Assembly (NCBI GenBank): GCA_017601145.1
Contig: JAFNIV010000002.1
Location: 23,926 to 87,925 of the forward strand
Origin: Candidatus Brockarchaeota archaeon
GTDB lineage: Archaea > Thermoproteota > EX4484-205 > JAAOZO01
Length of the DNA stretch: 64,000 bases
Direction: 5' to 3'
This document shows, one piece after another, positions 9,180 to 18,643 of this stretch. A model generated the notes under the pieces. It searched no databases and had not been told where the DNA came from. It saw only the letters and a list, made by a program, of their open reading frames with translations. Position 1 is the first letter of the stretch. Every line of letters begins with the position of its first letter. The position numbers were made by a program, and so were the translations under genes.

Positions 9180-10184
9180 TTAAAACTTCCTATTTACAAC
9201 AAAGTCTGCTATATTTTCTAGAATAATTTTCGCTTCTGTTTGCTTCAATGGTTTTAAAGTTTCTTTTAATTTTACTTTGTATGAATTCAAAGTTTCAAAT
9301 ACTTCTTTTTCTGCATTTGTACTCTTTATAATCTTTATAGCCTCTAAGATTTCTTCCTTTGCTACTTCCTGCTTTGATATCATTCTAATAAACTTATTTC
9401 TGCTTTCATCATCCATTTCTTTCATCGACAGTAGCACAACAATGTTCGCAATTTTATGTTCCATTATGTCCTTACCAACACTTTTTCCTATGAGTTCTTC
9501 GTCTCCGTATATATCAAGATAGTCATCTGTGATCTGAAACATTACACCAAGATTGGTTCCATAATTCCTAAGTGCAGTTATTTCTTCTTCTGTACCTCCT
9601 CCAACTATCGCACCAGACTCGCAACTTGCTCTAAAAAGAGCAGCTGTTTTTTTGTCTACCATGTAAAGGTAATCCTCTACACTAATGTTTGCTCTTCTTT
9701 TTGAGTTGATAAATGGATCGTCTTCTCTTATTCCTCTTTCAAATAATACTTCAAGCATAGCGCCTTCAAGTATTTCATCTATGGTTCTTGATAGAACTTT
9801 AATTAGTCTAAGAAACTGTGGGGTCTCCTCTAAAGCTCTCACTACTGCTTCTCTATACTTTAGCCCAACAAGAAGCGAAGTCAATTCTCCAAATGCCTTT
9901 CTTAGTGTTGGTACTCCCCTCCTTGTTTCTCCCTTGTCTATTATATCATCAAAAATTAAAGTAGTATTGTGAGCTATTTCATAAGCTGCAGCAACAGGTA
10001 GAGCAGACGCTATGTCTCCACCTACCGCTTGAGCACTTAGTAAGACTAAAGTGGGCCTGATTCTCTTTCCTCCAGTTTTAATAGGGTAAAGCATTGCTTC
10101 CTTAAACTCAATCGGAATATTTTGAACCAAGAATTTTTCTATGTTGAGGTCTACATCTTTACTATAGGCAAGCAACTTCTCCAA
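9180..10184 (-). CDS. Trans-isoprenyl diphosphate synthase (GGPP synthase family)
   Basis: GGKRIRP, FARM DDIID...RRG, KTAALF, SARM FQITDDYLD, GKD. Confidence 0.9.
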   Translation of the reverse strand: MEKLLAYSKDVDLNIEKFLVQNIPIEFKEAMLYPIKTGGKRIRPTLVLLSAQAVGGDIASALPVAAAYEIAHNTTLIFDDIIDKGETRRGVPTLRKAFGELTSLLVGLKYREAVVRALEETPQFLRLIKVLSRTIDEILEGAMLEVLFERGIREDDPFINSKRRANISVEDYLYMVDKKTAALFRASCESGAIVGGGTEEEITALRNYGTNLGVMFQITDDYLDIYGDEELIGKSVGKDIMEHKIANIVVLLSMKEMDDESRNKFIRMISKQEVAKEEILEAIKIIKSTNAEKEVFETLNSYKVKLKETLKPLKQTEAKIILENIADFVVNRKF

Positions 10185-10331
10185 CTCTTTATCAGGCTGA
10201 ATTAAAACATTAATATTTTAAAAAGATTTTCTTAGTAGTTAACGTCTCCTAACATTTTGTCGAACTTTAAGCTGATACTTACTTCAACAATCCCCTAATT
10301 TAATCAAATTAGTTTCTTGTATTGAGTTAGT

Positions 10332-11495
10332 TTACTTAAAATTAAAAACAAAACTCCACTCATCTAAGTCTTTTACAATCTTTTTTAGTATCTCTTTCGA
10401 AGTATTTTCAGGTAAACATAAGAATACACTAGCAATATGTTTACAAAACTGTTTTGTGCTCGCTCTTTTCTTCCAATCCTCGCAGTGATGAATTATTCTT
10501 TTTTCATTAACTCTTATCTCAAAATCATATTCCTTTACTTTACCCTTAATTTTGTTTTCGTTCATTTCTAGTATTTCAACTTTACTTTTTTCTTCTTTAG
10601 CTCTTTCAAATCTCTTCTTGTCTATAAACACTAAAATCATGTCATCTACATTTTCGCTGTTTAACGCATTAAATCCTTTCTTTTTCGTCTCTTCTATGGC
10701 AGTACTTTCAAAATACCCTAGTACTTTGTTTAGTGCTTTTTCTTGTTTCTCATTTGCTATTCCTAAAATTCTTATCATTTGTAGAGCATTCTTTGGCGCA
10801 TAGCCTCTAAAATGATTGTTGAAATATCCATACAAAGTTTCCACTTTATCTTTAATTTCCCCTATTTTTTCCCTCCATTCTTTAAGTTCCTCTTCTCTAT
10901 ACTCGTAATAGTACCAAGGCCTTTCCCCTCTTCCATGCCATCTTACATACGCTAAATTGCTTGTTACTTCAAGTACAGGTGGAAGGAGAGGTTCATCTAC
11001 TATGCAGTATCCTACGTTGTAACTCTTTAAAATTTTAAACGTGTCTTCTTGAATCCACGATTTATCTCTAAATTCAATCACAAAATCATATTTGCTTGTA
11101 TCTAAACAACTTACAAAACTAGTGAAATTTTCTAGAAGCTCTCCTTTACTTTTTGGAGGTAACTGTATCAGTAATGCTCCTAGTTTTCCACTCTCCTTCA
11201 AGGGTTGAACAAGTTTAAGAAATTTATCAAGATCCTCTAAAGTATCTTTTCTTATGTCTAACAATTTTTTATGTGAAATCTCTTTTGGAACCTTCATGGA
11301 AAACTTGAAATCCCTTGGTGCAATCCTAGAAAGACCACTTATAAAAGAAAGACTTGGAAAACTGTAAAAAGTTGAGTCAATTTCTACTGTTTGAAAAATT
11401 TCAGAGTAGTACGAAAATTGTTTTTTGTCGTCATCGTAGAACGGCCCTATCCACTCTTTGTAATTCCATCCAGAAGTTCCAATTAGCATCTTCAT
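10332..11495 (-). CDS. DUF72 (YecE-like TIM barrel) protein with C-terminal SWIM-like zinc finger
   Basis: GTSGW.Y..W.G.FY, VEIDSTFY, EFR..SW, YVRWHGR, YFNNH; C-terminal HHCEDW...FCKH. Confidence 0.85.
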   Translation of the reverse strand: MKMLIGTSGWNYKEWIGPFYDDDKKQFSYYSEIFQTVEIDSTFYSFPSLSFISGLSRIAPRDFKFSMKVPKEISHKKLLDIRKDTLEDLDKFLKLVQPLKESGKLGALLIQLPPKSKGELLENFTSFVSCLDTSKYDFVIEFRDKSWIQEDTFKILKSYNVGYCIVDEPLLPPVLEVTSNLAYVRWHGRGERPWYYYEYREEELKEWREKIGEIKDKVETLYGYFNNHFRGYAPKNALQMIRILGIANEKQEKALNKVLGYFESTAIEETKKKGFNALNSENVDDMILVFIDKKRFERAKEEKSKVEILEMNENKIKGKVKEYDFEIRVNEKRIIHHCEDWKKRASTKQFCKHIASVFLCLPENTSKEILKKIVKDLDEWSFVFNFK

Positions 11496-11545
11496 TTCTT
11501 CTTTTTCATTTTAAGTTTACAAAGAGCGATTAATAAATGAAACTA

Positions 11546-12232
11546 TTACCTTTTAAGCACTTCTACTTTGTTCTTCCACCCAACTATAAGTATGTCTACC
11601 ATGTTTAGAAAAAGACCTGTTTCTATGATACCAGGAATGCTTTTTAGCTCTTTTTCAACTTCAGTTAATTCTTTTCCCTCTGGTAATGTAACATCTATTA
11701 TCGCTCCTCCTAAGTCTGAAATTATAAGTCCGTATTTTGCTTTACTAGCTGTACGAACCGTTGCTTTATAGCCTCTTTCTTGCAGTTCTTCTAGTACCAT
11801 TGACGTAAATTGAGGAATTACTTCTATAGGTAAAGGTTGCCTTTCTCCCAACCTTCTTACAAGTTTCGAGTAGTCTACTAAGAACACCTTCTTTTTAGAG
11901 AAGTATGCCAATACTTTTTCGGTTGTTAAGGCAGCACCTCCTCCTTTTATCATGTTCATATTTTGGTCTACTTCATCAGCGCTGTCTAAGTAAATCTCTA
12001 TCTTTTTAACAGAAATTGTATTTGCTACGTTTAAGCAATAGCTTGAAAGAACTAAGGCTGTTTCCAAAGAAGATGGAACAAAAACCTTATCTCTAAATCC
12101 TCTTTCCTTTATTTCTTTTAGAAGTACTCCAACTGTTGAACCAGTTCCTATTCCTATTATTTTTGACTCCTCAATATATTTTAATGCTTCTTTTGCAGCA
12201 AGAACTTTTGCCATCTCAATGTCATTACTCAT
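11546..12232 (-). CDS. rpiA: Ribose-5-phosphate isomerase A
   Basis: GIGTGST, DSADEVD, KGGGAALTTEK. Confidence 0.95.
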   Translation of the reverse strand: MSNDIEMAKVLAAKEALKYIEESKIIGIGTGSTVGVLLKEIKERGFRDKVFVPSSLETALVLSSYCLNVANTISVKKIEIYLDSADEVDQNMNMIKGGGAALTTEKVLAYFSKKKVFLVDYSKLVRRLGERQPLPIEVIPQFTSMVLEELQERGYKATVRTASKAKYGLIISDLGGAIIDVTLPEGKELTEVEKELKSIPGIIETGLFLNMVDILIVGWKNKVEVLKR

Positions 12233-12388
12233 CTTTCATCAAGAATTACTCATATCTTCTTCTTTTATTCATTTTTATTTTTTGTAAATACACAAGTACA
12301 ATAGTCGAACTTTGCTTTTATCATTTTAAAAGAAAAAATAAATGGGATAAAGTTTATTAAGTTATTTTTCTCAGCTCTTAGACAAAGA

Positions 12389-13966
12389 GTGCATAAATTG
12401 AGTGAAAAAATAAAAGATACAGAGGCTCTTTTTGTCATTGAACCCTCTTCAATATATACTAGAAGTTTTGAAAAAATACTTGGAGCTAATGAAGTTCTTA
12501 TAAGAAAAATTATAATACCTATTGAAGTTGTTAAGAGTTTTGAAGAGAGGGCGAAGTTCGGTGATGAACTTGGTATTAAAGGCTTAAGATACTTAATCGA
12601 ATTTGCTAATAAACTAAATATAGATGTTAATTTTATTCGCTCCAGAAATCAAGACAATGACCCAAAAGAGTCTGCAAGAGAAATAGCTTATAACACAAAA
12701 GCTACACTACTAACGAGCGATCCCCTTCTCTATAAGTCAAGCATCGCTATGGGTATAAGATGTGTCTATATTGAACCAAGTAAGAAAATTTCTTTAAACG
12801 ACTTCTTTAAGCCTGGTGTAATGTCAGTTCATTTAAAAGAAAATGTGACCCCAAAAGTCAAGAAAGGAGTACCTGGTAAGTGGGTCTTTGAAGAGGTTTC
12901 TCATGAACCAATAGGTAGAGAAGCACTCGAATCGCTAGTGCTAGAAATAATGGCGGCAGTTCAATCATCTTCTGTTGATAGTACTTCATTCATAGAGATC
13001 GATAAACCTGGATCGACAATAGTTCAACTTAAAGACTATAGGATAGTCATTACAAGACCTCCTTTCTCAGATGGATTGGAAATAACTGCAGTTAAGCCGA
13101 TTGTAAAGAAGTCTTTGATGGACTATAGCCTTTCTCAAATAGTTATAAATAGAATTGAACAAAGAGCAGAAGGAATACTTATTGCAGGTTCACCAGGCAT
13201 GGGAAAGTCAACGTTTGCACAAGCTTTAGCTGAATTCTATAGATCAAAAGGTAAGATCGTAAAAACAGTAGAAAGTCCAAGAGATCTACAATTACCTCCA
13301 GATATAACTCAGTATTCAAAAACAGCTGCTTCTCCCAACGAAATACATGATGTCCTACTTTTAAGTCGTCCCGACTATACCATTTTCGATGAACTTAGAA
13401 CAGACCCTGACTTTGATTTGTTTATAGATTTAAGGTTAACTGGAATTGGAATGGTTGGAGTTGTGCATGCTACTTCTGCAATAGATGCTGTTCAAAGGTT
13501 TATTCATAGAGTTGACTTAGGCCTTGTGCCCTCAATTATAGACACTATACTGTTCATGAACAGAGGAGAAGTTGAATCTGTTTATGTGCTTGAAACTGCT
13601 GTCAAGACGCCAGTTGGCTTGGCAAGGGCTGATCTAGCACGCCCTACTGTAATAATGACAAACCTCTTCACTGGAAAGCCCGAATACGAGCTTTATGTGT
13701 TCGGAGAAAAAACTTTTGTAGTGCCTATAAATAATGCTAAATCTCAAAAGGAGAAAGCGATAAACGAAGCAGTCGAAGAAGCAATGAGTGGTTACATTAA
13801 AGAATACAAGGTTGAAATCGATAGAAGAAAGATCAAGGTCTCCATTCCAACAAGGTATATGAAGGACTTCACTAAAAAAGTTCAAAAAAACCTAATAAAG
13901 GTAGGGAGAAGATTTGGAATGGTTGTAGAGCTTGAGCAAGTGAGAGAAAATCAAGATTTTGTTTAA
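12389..13966 (+). CDS. PIN-domain/VirB11-like ATPase with C-terminal KH-like domain (PINA, COG1855)
   Basis: Degenerate N-terminal PIN, MSVHLKE, ITRPPFSDGLEITAV, GSPGMGKST, ESPRDL, RPDYTIFDELR. Confidence 0.9.
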   Translation: MHKLSEKIKDTEALFVIEPSSIYTRSFEKILGANEVLIRKIIIPIEVVKSFEERAKFGDELGIKGLRYLIEFANKLNIDVNFIRSRNQDNDPKESAREIAYNTKATLLTSDPLLYKSSIAMGIRCVYIEPSKKISLNDFFKPGVMSVHLKENVTPKVKKGVPGKWVFEEVSHEPIGREALESLVLEIMAAVQSSSVDSTSFIEIDKPGSTIVQLKDYRIVITRPPFSDGLEITAVKPIVKKSLMDYSLSQIVINRIEQRAEGILIAGSPGMGKSTFAQALAEFYRSKGKIVKTVESPRDLQLPPDITQYSKTAASPNEIHDVLLLSRPDYTIFDELRTDPDFDLFIDLRLTGIGMVGVVHATSAIDAVQRFIHRVDLGLVPSIIDTILFMNRGEVESVYVLETAVKTPVGLARADLARPTVIMTNLFTGKPEYELYVFGEKTFVVPINNAKSQKEKAINEAVEEAMSGYIKEYKVEIDRRKIKVSIPTRYMKDFTKKVQKNLIKVGRRFGMVVELEQVRENQDFV

Positions 13967-14011
13967 TTTTCTTCTAAAAAGTTTTTATTCCTACAATTCA
14001 AAAATAGAGTT

Positions 14012-14230
14012 ATGACGAACATCTCATATAAAATTTGGGGCATCGTCTTAGTTTGCCTTTCAGTTCTAGGTTTACTTTCATACTTTTACCTTATTTTAAA
14101 CGATTTGTGGAAGTATGCCGTCATGATAGCTTCTACCCTTTTTGTAATTCTGTTTTTTGGGTTAATTGGATGGTTGGGATTAACGATTCTTAAGATAAGA
14201 TGGCCTGCTGAACAAAAAGGAAAAACTTAA
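14012..14230 (+). CDS. Small two-TM membrane protein, unknown function
   Basis: 72 aa, two hydrophobic helices, ATG start, TATA-like tract upstream. Confidence 0.7.
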   Translation: MTNISYKIWGIVLVCLSVLGLLSYFYLILNDLWKYAVMIASTLFVILFFGLIGWLGLTILKIRWPAEQKGKT

Positions 14231-14266
14231 ATTTTCTATTTTATTTATACTTAAAGAAATTATGGC

Positions 14267-14644
14267 TTGTCAGACTCATTTGAGGAGTTAATTGTCTTAG
14301 TTTCAAATGACTTAGGACTTGCTCTTGCTTCACTCCTTGAAGGCATAAATAAAAGGAAGTTGGACAAGATTCAGGAAGCATCTGACACATTAATTGGAAT
14401 TTCTAGTAAGTACAGTAGTAGACTAAAAGAAGAAAGACACTCTATTCTATCTTTTACCCTAAGAGATGCTGGGCTGGAACTATGGGCAAGAACTAAGCAA
14501 ATATCTTCTAGAAGCTATTTAGAAGATGATCATAGATACTTTAAAGAAATCTATGACTCTCTAAGTGAAATTAAAGCTTCTATGGATTCTGGAGAGTACA
14601 AAGCTGAACTTGATAAGCTAAGAAAAGCTAAACTTAAAACGTAG
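14267..14644 (+). CDS. Hypothetical alpha-helical protein
   Basis: 125-aa ORF with normal composition; no family recognised. Confidence 0.65.
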   Translation: MSDSFEELIVLVSNDLGLALASLLEGINKRKLDKIQEASDTLIGISSKYSSRLKEERHSILSFTLRDAGLELWARTKQISSRSYLEDDHRYFKEIYDSLSEIKASMDSGEYKAELDKLRKAKLKT

Positions 14645-14878
14645 TTCTGTAACTACTGACAGTTTTTTAAAAACATTTTTGTTTACCTAAGTTTAATAAA
14701 CATGTACTAAAGTTCCTGTGAAATTCTTAAGATAGAGAAAATACCTATTGTGTAACTCATAAAATTATAAAATGAGTTTCAGAAAACTTGGAGTTTCAAC
14801 TCTTAATAGCTAAAACTTAAACATTTTTAGATGGAGTGAAAAGTAGCTAGAGGAAAAGATAGGGCCAAACTTAAGGCC

Positions 14879-14906
14879 AGTACAAACATATTTGAATGTT
14901 TGTACT
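14879..14906. repeat. Perfect 11-bp inverted repeat with 6-bp spacer
   Basis: agtacaaacat-atttga-atgtttgtact, about 70 bp upstream of the lhr start. Confidence 0.85.
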
Positions 14907-14975
14907 ATAATATAGTTTTTAAATTGAAAAAGTTTTTATAACGTTATTTTAACAACAACTCATACAAAGCTGGTT

Positions 14976-17624
14976 ATGCTACCAATGAGTTCGTATTTAG
15001 AAGATAACTTCATTTTCCTAAAGAAGCCATTTGGCAAAAAGGAATCTTTATCTGTCCTTCAGCCTTACGTTAAAGCTTGGTTTGAGAAAAATTTTGAAGA
15101 CTTAACTCCGCCACAGCGATTTTCTCTAAAGCTAATTTCTGAAGGAAAAAACGTGATTATAACTGGTCCTACGGGTTCAGGGAAGACCCTAGCTGCATTC
15201 TTATCAATACTTAGTGAACTCTTTAAACTGGGAGAAAAAGGAGAACTACTAGATTCAATTTACGTTGTTTACATTTCGCCACTAAAGGCTTTGGACAATG
15301 ATATCAAGAAAAACCTAACGATTCCATTAACTGAAATTAGAAAACTTGCTTCAGAAAGTGGAATAAATTTACCAGAGATAAGAATCTCTCTTAGAACTGG
15401 TGACGTTTCAAGCTCAGAAAAGCAAAATCAACTAAAATTACCACCTCATATCTTAATAACAACACCCGAGAGTTTAGCTGTTATTTTAAATGCTCCTAAA
15501 TTTTCTATTTTCTTAAAAACTGTAAAGTGGGTGGTAGTAGACGAAATTCATGAATTAGCGTCGAATAAAAGAGGAGTTCATCTTAGCCTATCCTTAGAAC
15601 GTCTTCAAAACTTAGTAAGTCATGAAATAGTTAGAATAGGACTAGGGGCAACTCTTTTCCCACTAGAAGAGGCTGCTAAGTTCTTAGTTGGTTATGAAAA
15701 CAATGCTCCTCGCAAGTGCTACATTGTTGATGTAAGCTGGGATAAAAAATATGACTTGAAACTTATAACACCTGTGAAAAACCTTGTGTATTCTTCTGCA
15801 GATGAACTTAATGATTCCTTATACAATATTCTAGATAAAGCTATATCAAAAGGAAAAACAACTCTAATATTCACTAATACTAGAAGTGGTACAGAAAGAG
15901 TTGTTTTTCATTTGAAAGAAAAATGGAGTAATAAATACAATGATCAAAATCTAGGTGCTCATCATGGCTCTTTGTCAAGAGACATTAGACTTGAGGTTGA
16001 AAATAAGCTAAAGAATGGTCAAATGAAAGCAGTTGTAAGCTCAACAAGTTTGGAGTTAGGCATAGACGTTGGATTCATTGATCAAGTGATTCAAATTGGT
16101 TCGCCTAAGAGTGTTAGCAGAGCAATACAAAGAGTTGGAAGAAGTGGGCATGGATTTAAAGATGTTGCAAAAGGCATATTTATTGCGATGGATAGGGATG
16201 AATTAGTAGAATTAATCGTTATGCTTCAAGAGGCAAGGTCAAGAAACTTGGACAGCATCGAAGTTCCCAAAAAACCACTTGACATACTTGCTCAGCATAT
16301 AGTTGGAATGTCCCTTTATAAAAAATGGAAAGTTGAAGAAGCCTTAAGTTTAATTAGGTCTTGTTATGCCTACAGAGATTTAACAGAAGATGAACTTATA
16401 TCTTTACTGAGATACCTTGCTGGTGAATATGTAGAACTAGAAGACAGAAAAGTTTATGGAAAAATATGGTTTGATCCTTCAGATAAAACTTTTGGAAAAA
16501 GAGGTAAATACACTCGAGTGATTTACTATTTAAACATTGGTGCAATTCCAGACGAAGTAAAAGTTGATGTTTACAAACTTCCGGGTAAGAAGTTCATTGG
16601 TGGTATTGAAGAAAGTTTTTTAGAAAGATTAAGGCCTAATGACATTTTTGTGCTTGGAGGAAAACTATACAAGTTTAGGTATGCTAGAGCGATGAAATGT
16701 TATGTAGAACATGCTCCAAAGGGTAGTACTCCAACAATACCTTCTTGGTTCTCAGAAATGTTACCACTAAGTTTTGAGTTAGCCTTACAAATTCAAAAAT
16801 TTAGAGAAAACCTAAAAAATATGTTAGTTAATGGGAAGATAAAATCAGAAATTATAGAATGGTTGAAAAATTCCTTTTCAGTAAGCAAAGATGTTGCAAA
16901 CGAAGTATATAGCTACTTTAAAGAACAATATCTTTACACTAAAACTATTCCTGGATACATGGAAATTCTTATAGAGAAAACTAAAGATGAAAAGGCAAGT
17001 TACTTAGTTTTCCATGCACTCTTTGGAAGGAGGGTAAACGATGCTTTATCTAGGTTTTTCTCCATTATTGTATCTGACGAGTTACGAAAAAACATTGGAA
17101 TAGTCATAAGTGATACTGGATTTGCACTAATAATGCCAAGATCCTATAATTTAAACTTACAAAAACTTATTGAAAAGTCAAAATCAATGGATTTAGAAAG
17201 TGTTCTAAAAGACAACGTAAGAAGAACTGAGCTTATGAAACGTAGATTTAGACATTGTGCTGCAAGAAGTTTCTTAGTCTTAAGAAATTATAAAGGATAT
17301 AAAATAAGCGTTAACAAACAACAACTTAGTTCTCAAACGATCTTAAATATAATTGAGAATAAGGATCCAAATTTTCCCGTCCTAAAAGAAACATACAGAG
17401 AAATCCTTCAAGATGTCATGGATCTAAAAAGAGCGAAGTTAGTTTTAGATTGGATTAAAGAAGGAAAACTAAAAATAAGAATAATCGAAACAAACATACC
17501 TTCACCATTTGCTCATAACTTAATTATACTTGGCGAAGAGGATGTTGTTCTGATGAGGGATAAGAAGAAAAGACTTCTTGAGTTACATGAAAAGATAATG
17601 GAAAAAATTTCGGCGTTAGGGTAA
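14976..17624 (+). CDS. lhr: Lhr-family ATP-dependent SF2 helicase (archaeal Lhr core)
   Basis: GPTGSGKT, YISPLKAL, TTPESL, DEIH, HHGSL, SLELGIDVG, QRVGRSGH, PSWFSE, SPFAH. Confidence 0.95.
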   Translation: MLPMSSYLEDNFIFLKKPFGKKESLSVLQPYVKAWFEKNFEDLTPPQRFSLKLISEGKNVIITGPTGSGKTLAAFLSILSELFKLGEKGELLDSIYVVYISPLKALDNDIKKNLTIPLTEIRKLASESGINLPEIRISLRTGDVSSSEKQNQLKLPPHILITTPESLAVILNAPKFSIFLKTVKWVVVDEIHELASNKRGVHLSLSLERLQNLVSHEIVRIGLGATLFPLEEAAKFLVGYENNAPRKCYIVDVSWDKKYDLKLITPVKNLVYSSADELNDSLYNILDKAISKGKTTLIFTNTRSGTERVVFHLKEKWSNKYNDQNLGAHHGSLSRDIRLEVENKLKNGQMKAVVSSTSLELGIDVGFIDQVIQIGSPKSVSRAIQRVGRSGHGFKDVAKGIFIAMDRDELVELIVMLQEARSRNLDSIEVPKKPLDILAQHIVGMSLYKKWKVEEALSLIRSCYAYRDLTEDELISLLRYLAGEYVELEDRKVYGKIWFDPSDKTFGKRGKYTRVIYYLNIGAIPDEVKVDVYKLPGKKFIGGIEESFLERLRPNDIFVLGGKLYKFRYARAMKCYVEHAPKGSTPTIPSWFSEMLPLSFELALQIQKFRENLKNMLVNGKIKSEIIEWLKNSFSVSKDVANEVYSYFKEQYLYTKTIPGYMEILIEKTKDEKASYLVFHALFGRRVNDALSRFFSIIVSDELRKNIGIVISDTGFALIMPRSYNLNLQKLIEKSKSMDLESVLKDNVRRTELMKRRFRHCAARSFLVLRNYKGYKISVNKQQLSSQTILNIIENKDPNFPVLKETYREILQDVMDLKRAKLVLDWIKEGKLKIRIIETNIPSPFAHNLIILGEEDVVLMRDKKKRLLELHEKIMEKISALG

Positions 17625-18397
17625 TGGAAACTAAAAAGTTCTATGAACTTTTTAAAAATGTAAAAGTTTACGATTCTATTCCAGCTTTATTTTTATCTGA
17701 CATAAGCACAATAGTAATTTCAGACCTTCATTTAGGCTATGAAGTTGCAATGGCTGAAAAGGGAATATTTTTACCAAAAGTTCAATACGAAAAAGAAATC
17801 ATCCTTCTGAAACGTTTGTCTGAATTTAAGTTTAAAACATTGGTTCTAAATGGAGATATAAAGTATGAATTTTCTGAAACTTCGTACCACGAATACAAGG
17901 AAGTCCTCAATTTTTTTGACTATATTAAAACTAAGTTTAAAAATATAACAATTGTAAAAGGAAATCATGATACATTCATTACTAGAATAACAAAGAAATT
18001 TCAACTTGAAGTTGTTGATGAAATAAAGATAAACAAATATTTGATAACTCATGGTCATGTTTTACCCAAGTCTTTTTTTGACGAAGATTGGGATACAATG
18101 ATAATAGGGCATGAGCATCCTTCAATTGCATTGTTCGACGAGCTTGGAGTAAAAGACAAACTAGAATGTTTTCTCTATGGTAATTTGGTTGATGGCAGAA
18201 ACCTAATTGTCTTACCTGCTTTTTCGTATATCTCAACAGGATCTGAGGTAAATCTCTTACCTAAAGAAGAACTTCTTTCTCCAGTTCTTAAAGAGTATGC
18301 TTTGTTAGACGATTTTAAAGTTCTAGCAGTTGATGAAGAAGTAGGCTTATTGTATTTCGGAAAGTTAAGAAACTTAAGAAACATAACAACTATGTAG
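17624..18397 (+). CDS. Metallophosphoesterase (COG1407, Lhr-associated MPE)
   Basis: SDLHLGYE, NGD, GNHD, THGH, GHEHP, LPAFS; 1-nt TAATG overlap with lhr. Confidence 0.9.
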   Translation: METKKFYELFKNVKVYDSIPALFLSDISTIVISDLHLGYEVAMAEKGIFLPKVQYEKEIILLKRLSEFKFKTLVLNGDIKYEFSETSYHEYKEVLNFFDYIKTKFKNITIVKGNHDTFITRITKKFQLEVVDEIKINKYLITHGHVLPKSFFDEDWDTMIIGHEHPSIALFDELGVKDKLECFLYGNLVDGRNLIVLPAFSYISTGSEVNLLPKEELLSPVLKEYALLDDFKVLAVDEEVGLLYFGKLRNLRNITTM

Positions 18398-18643
18398 ATG
18401 AAATTAAAAAGATAGACTTTTCTAGCCTTTTGTTGGTGTTTTTCATGACTATTTAGCTTCTTCAATTTTTACAAGCTTTATTTCATTGAGGATATGAGTT
18501 TAATAAGAAATTATAACATTAAATTTAAAAATAAATCATTTAAATCTTTTAACAATTCATCCTATTGCTAAAAATCAAAGGTCTTCTATTGAGGTTTTGT
18601 GAAAGCAAAACAGTTATTAGTAAAGCAGATTATTAGTATGTGA

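Noticed and set aside
14976-18397. Lhr plus metallophosphoesterase as a novel defence system
   Set aside because: This is a well-known conserved repair pair in a housekeeping context.
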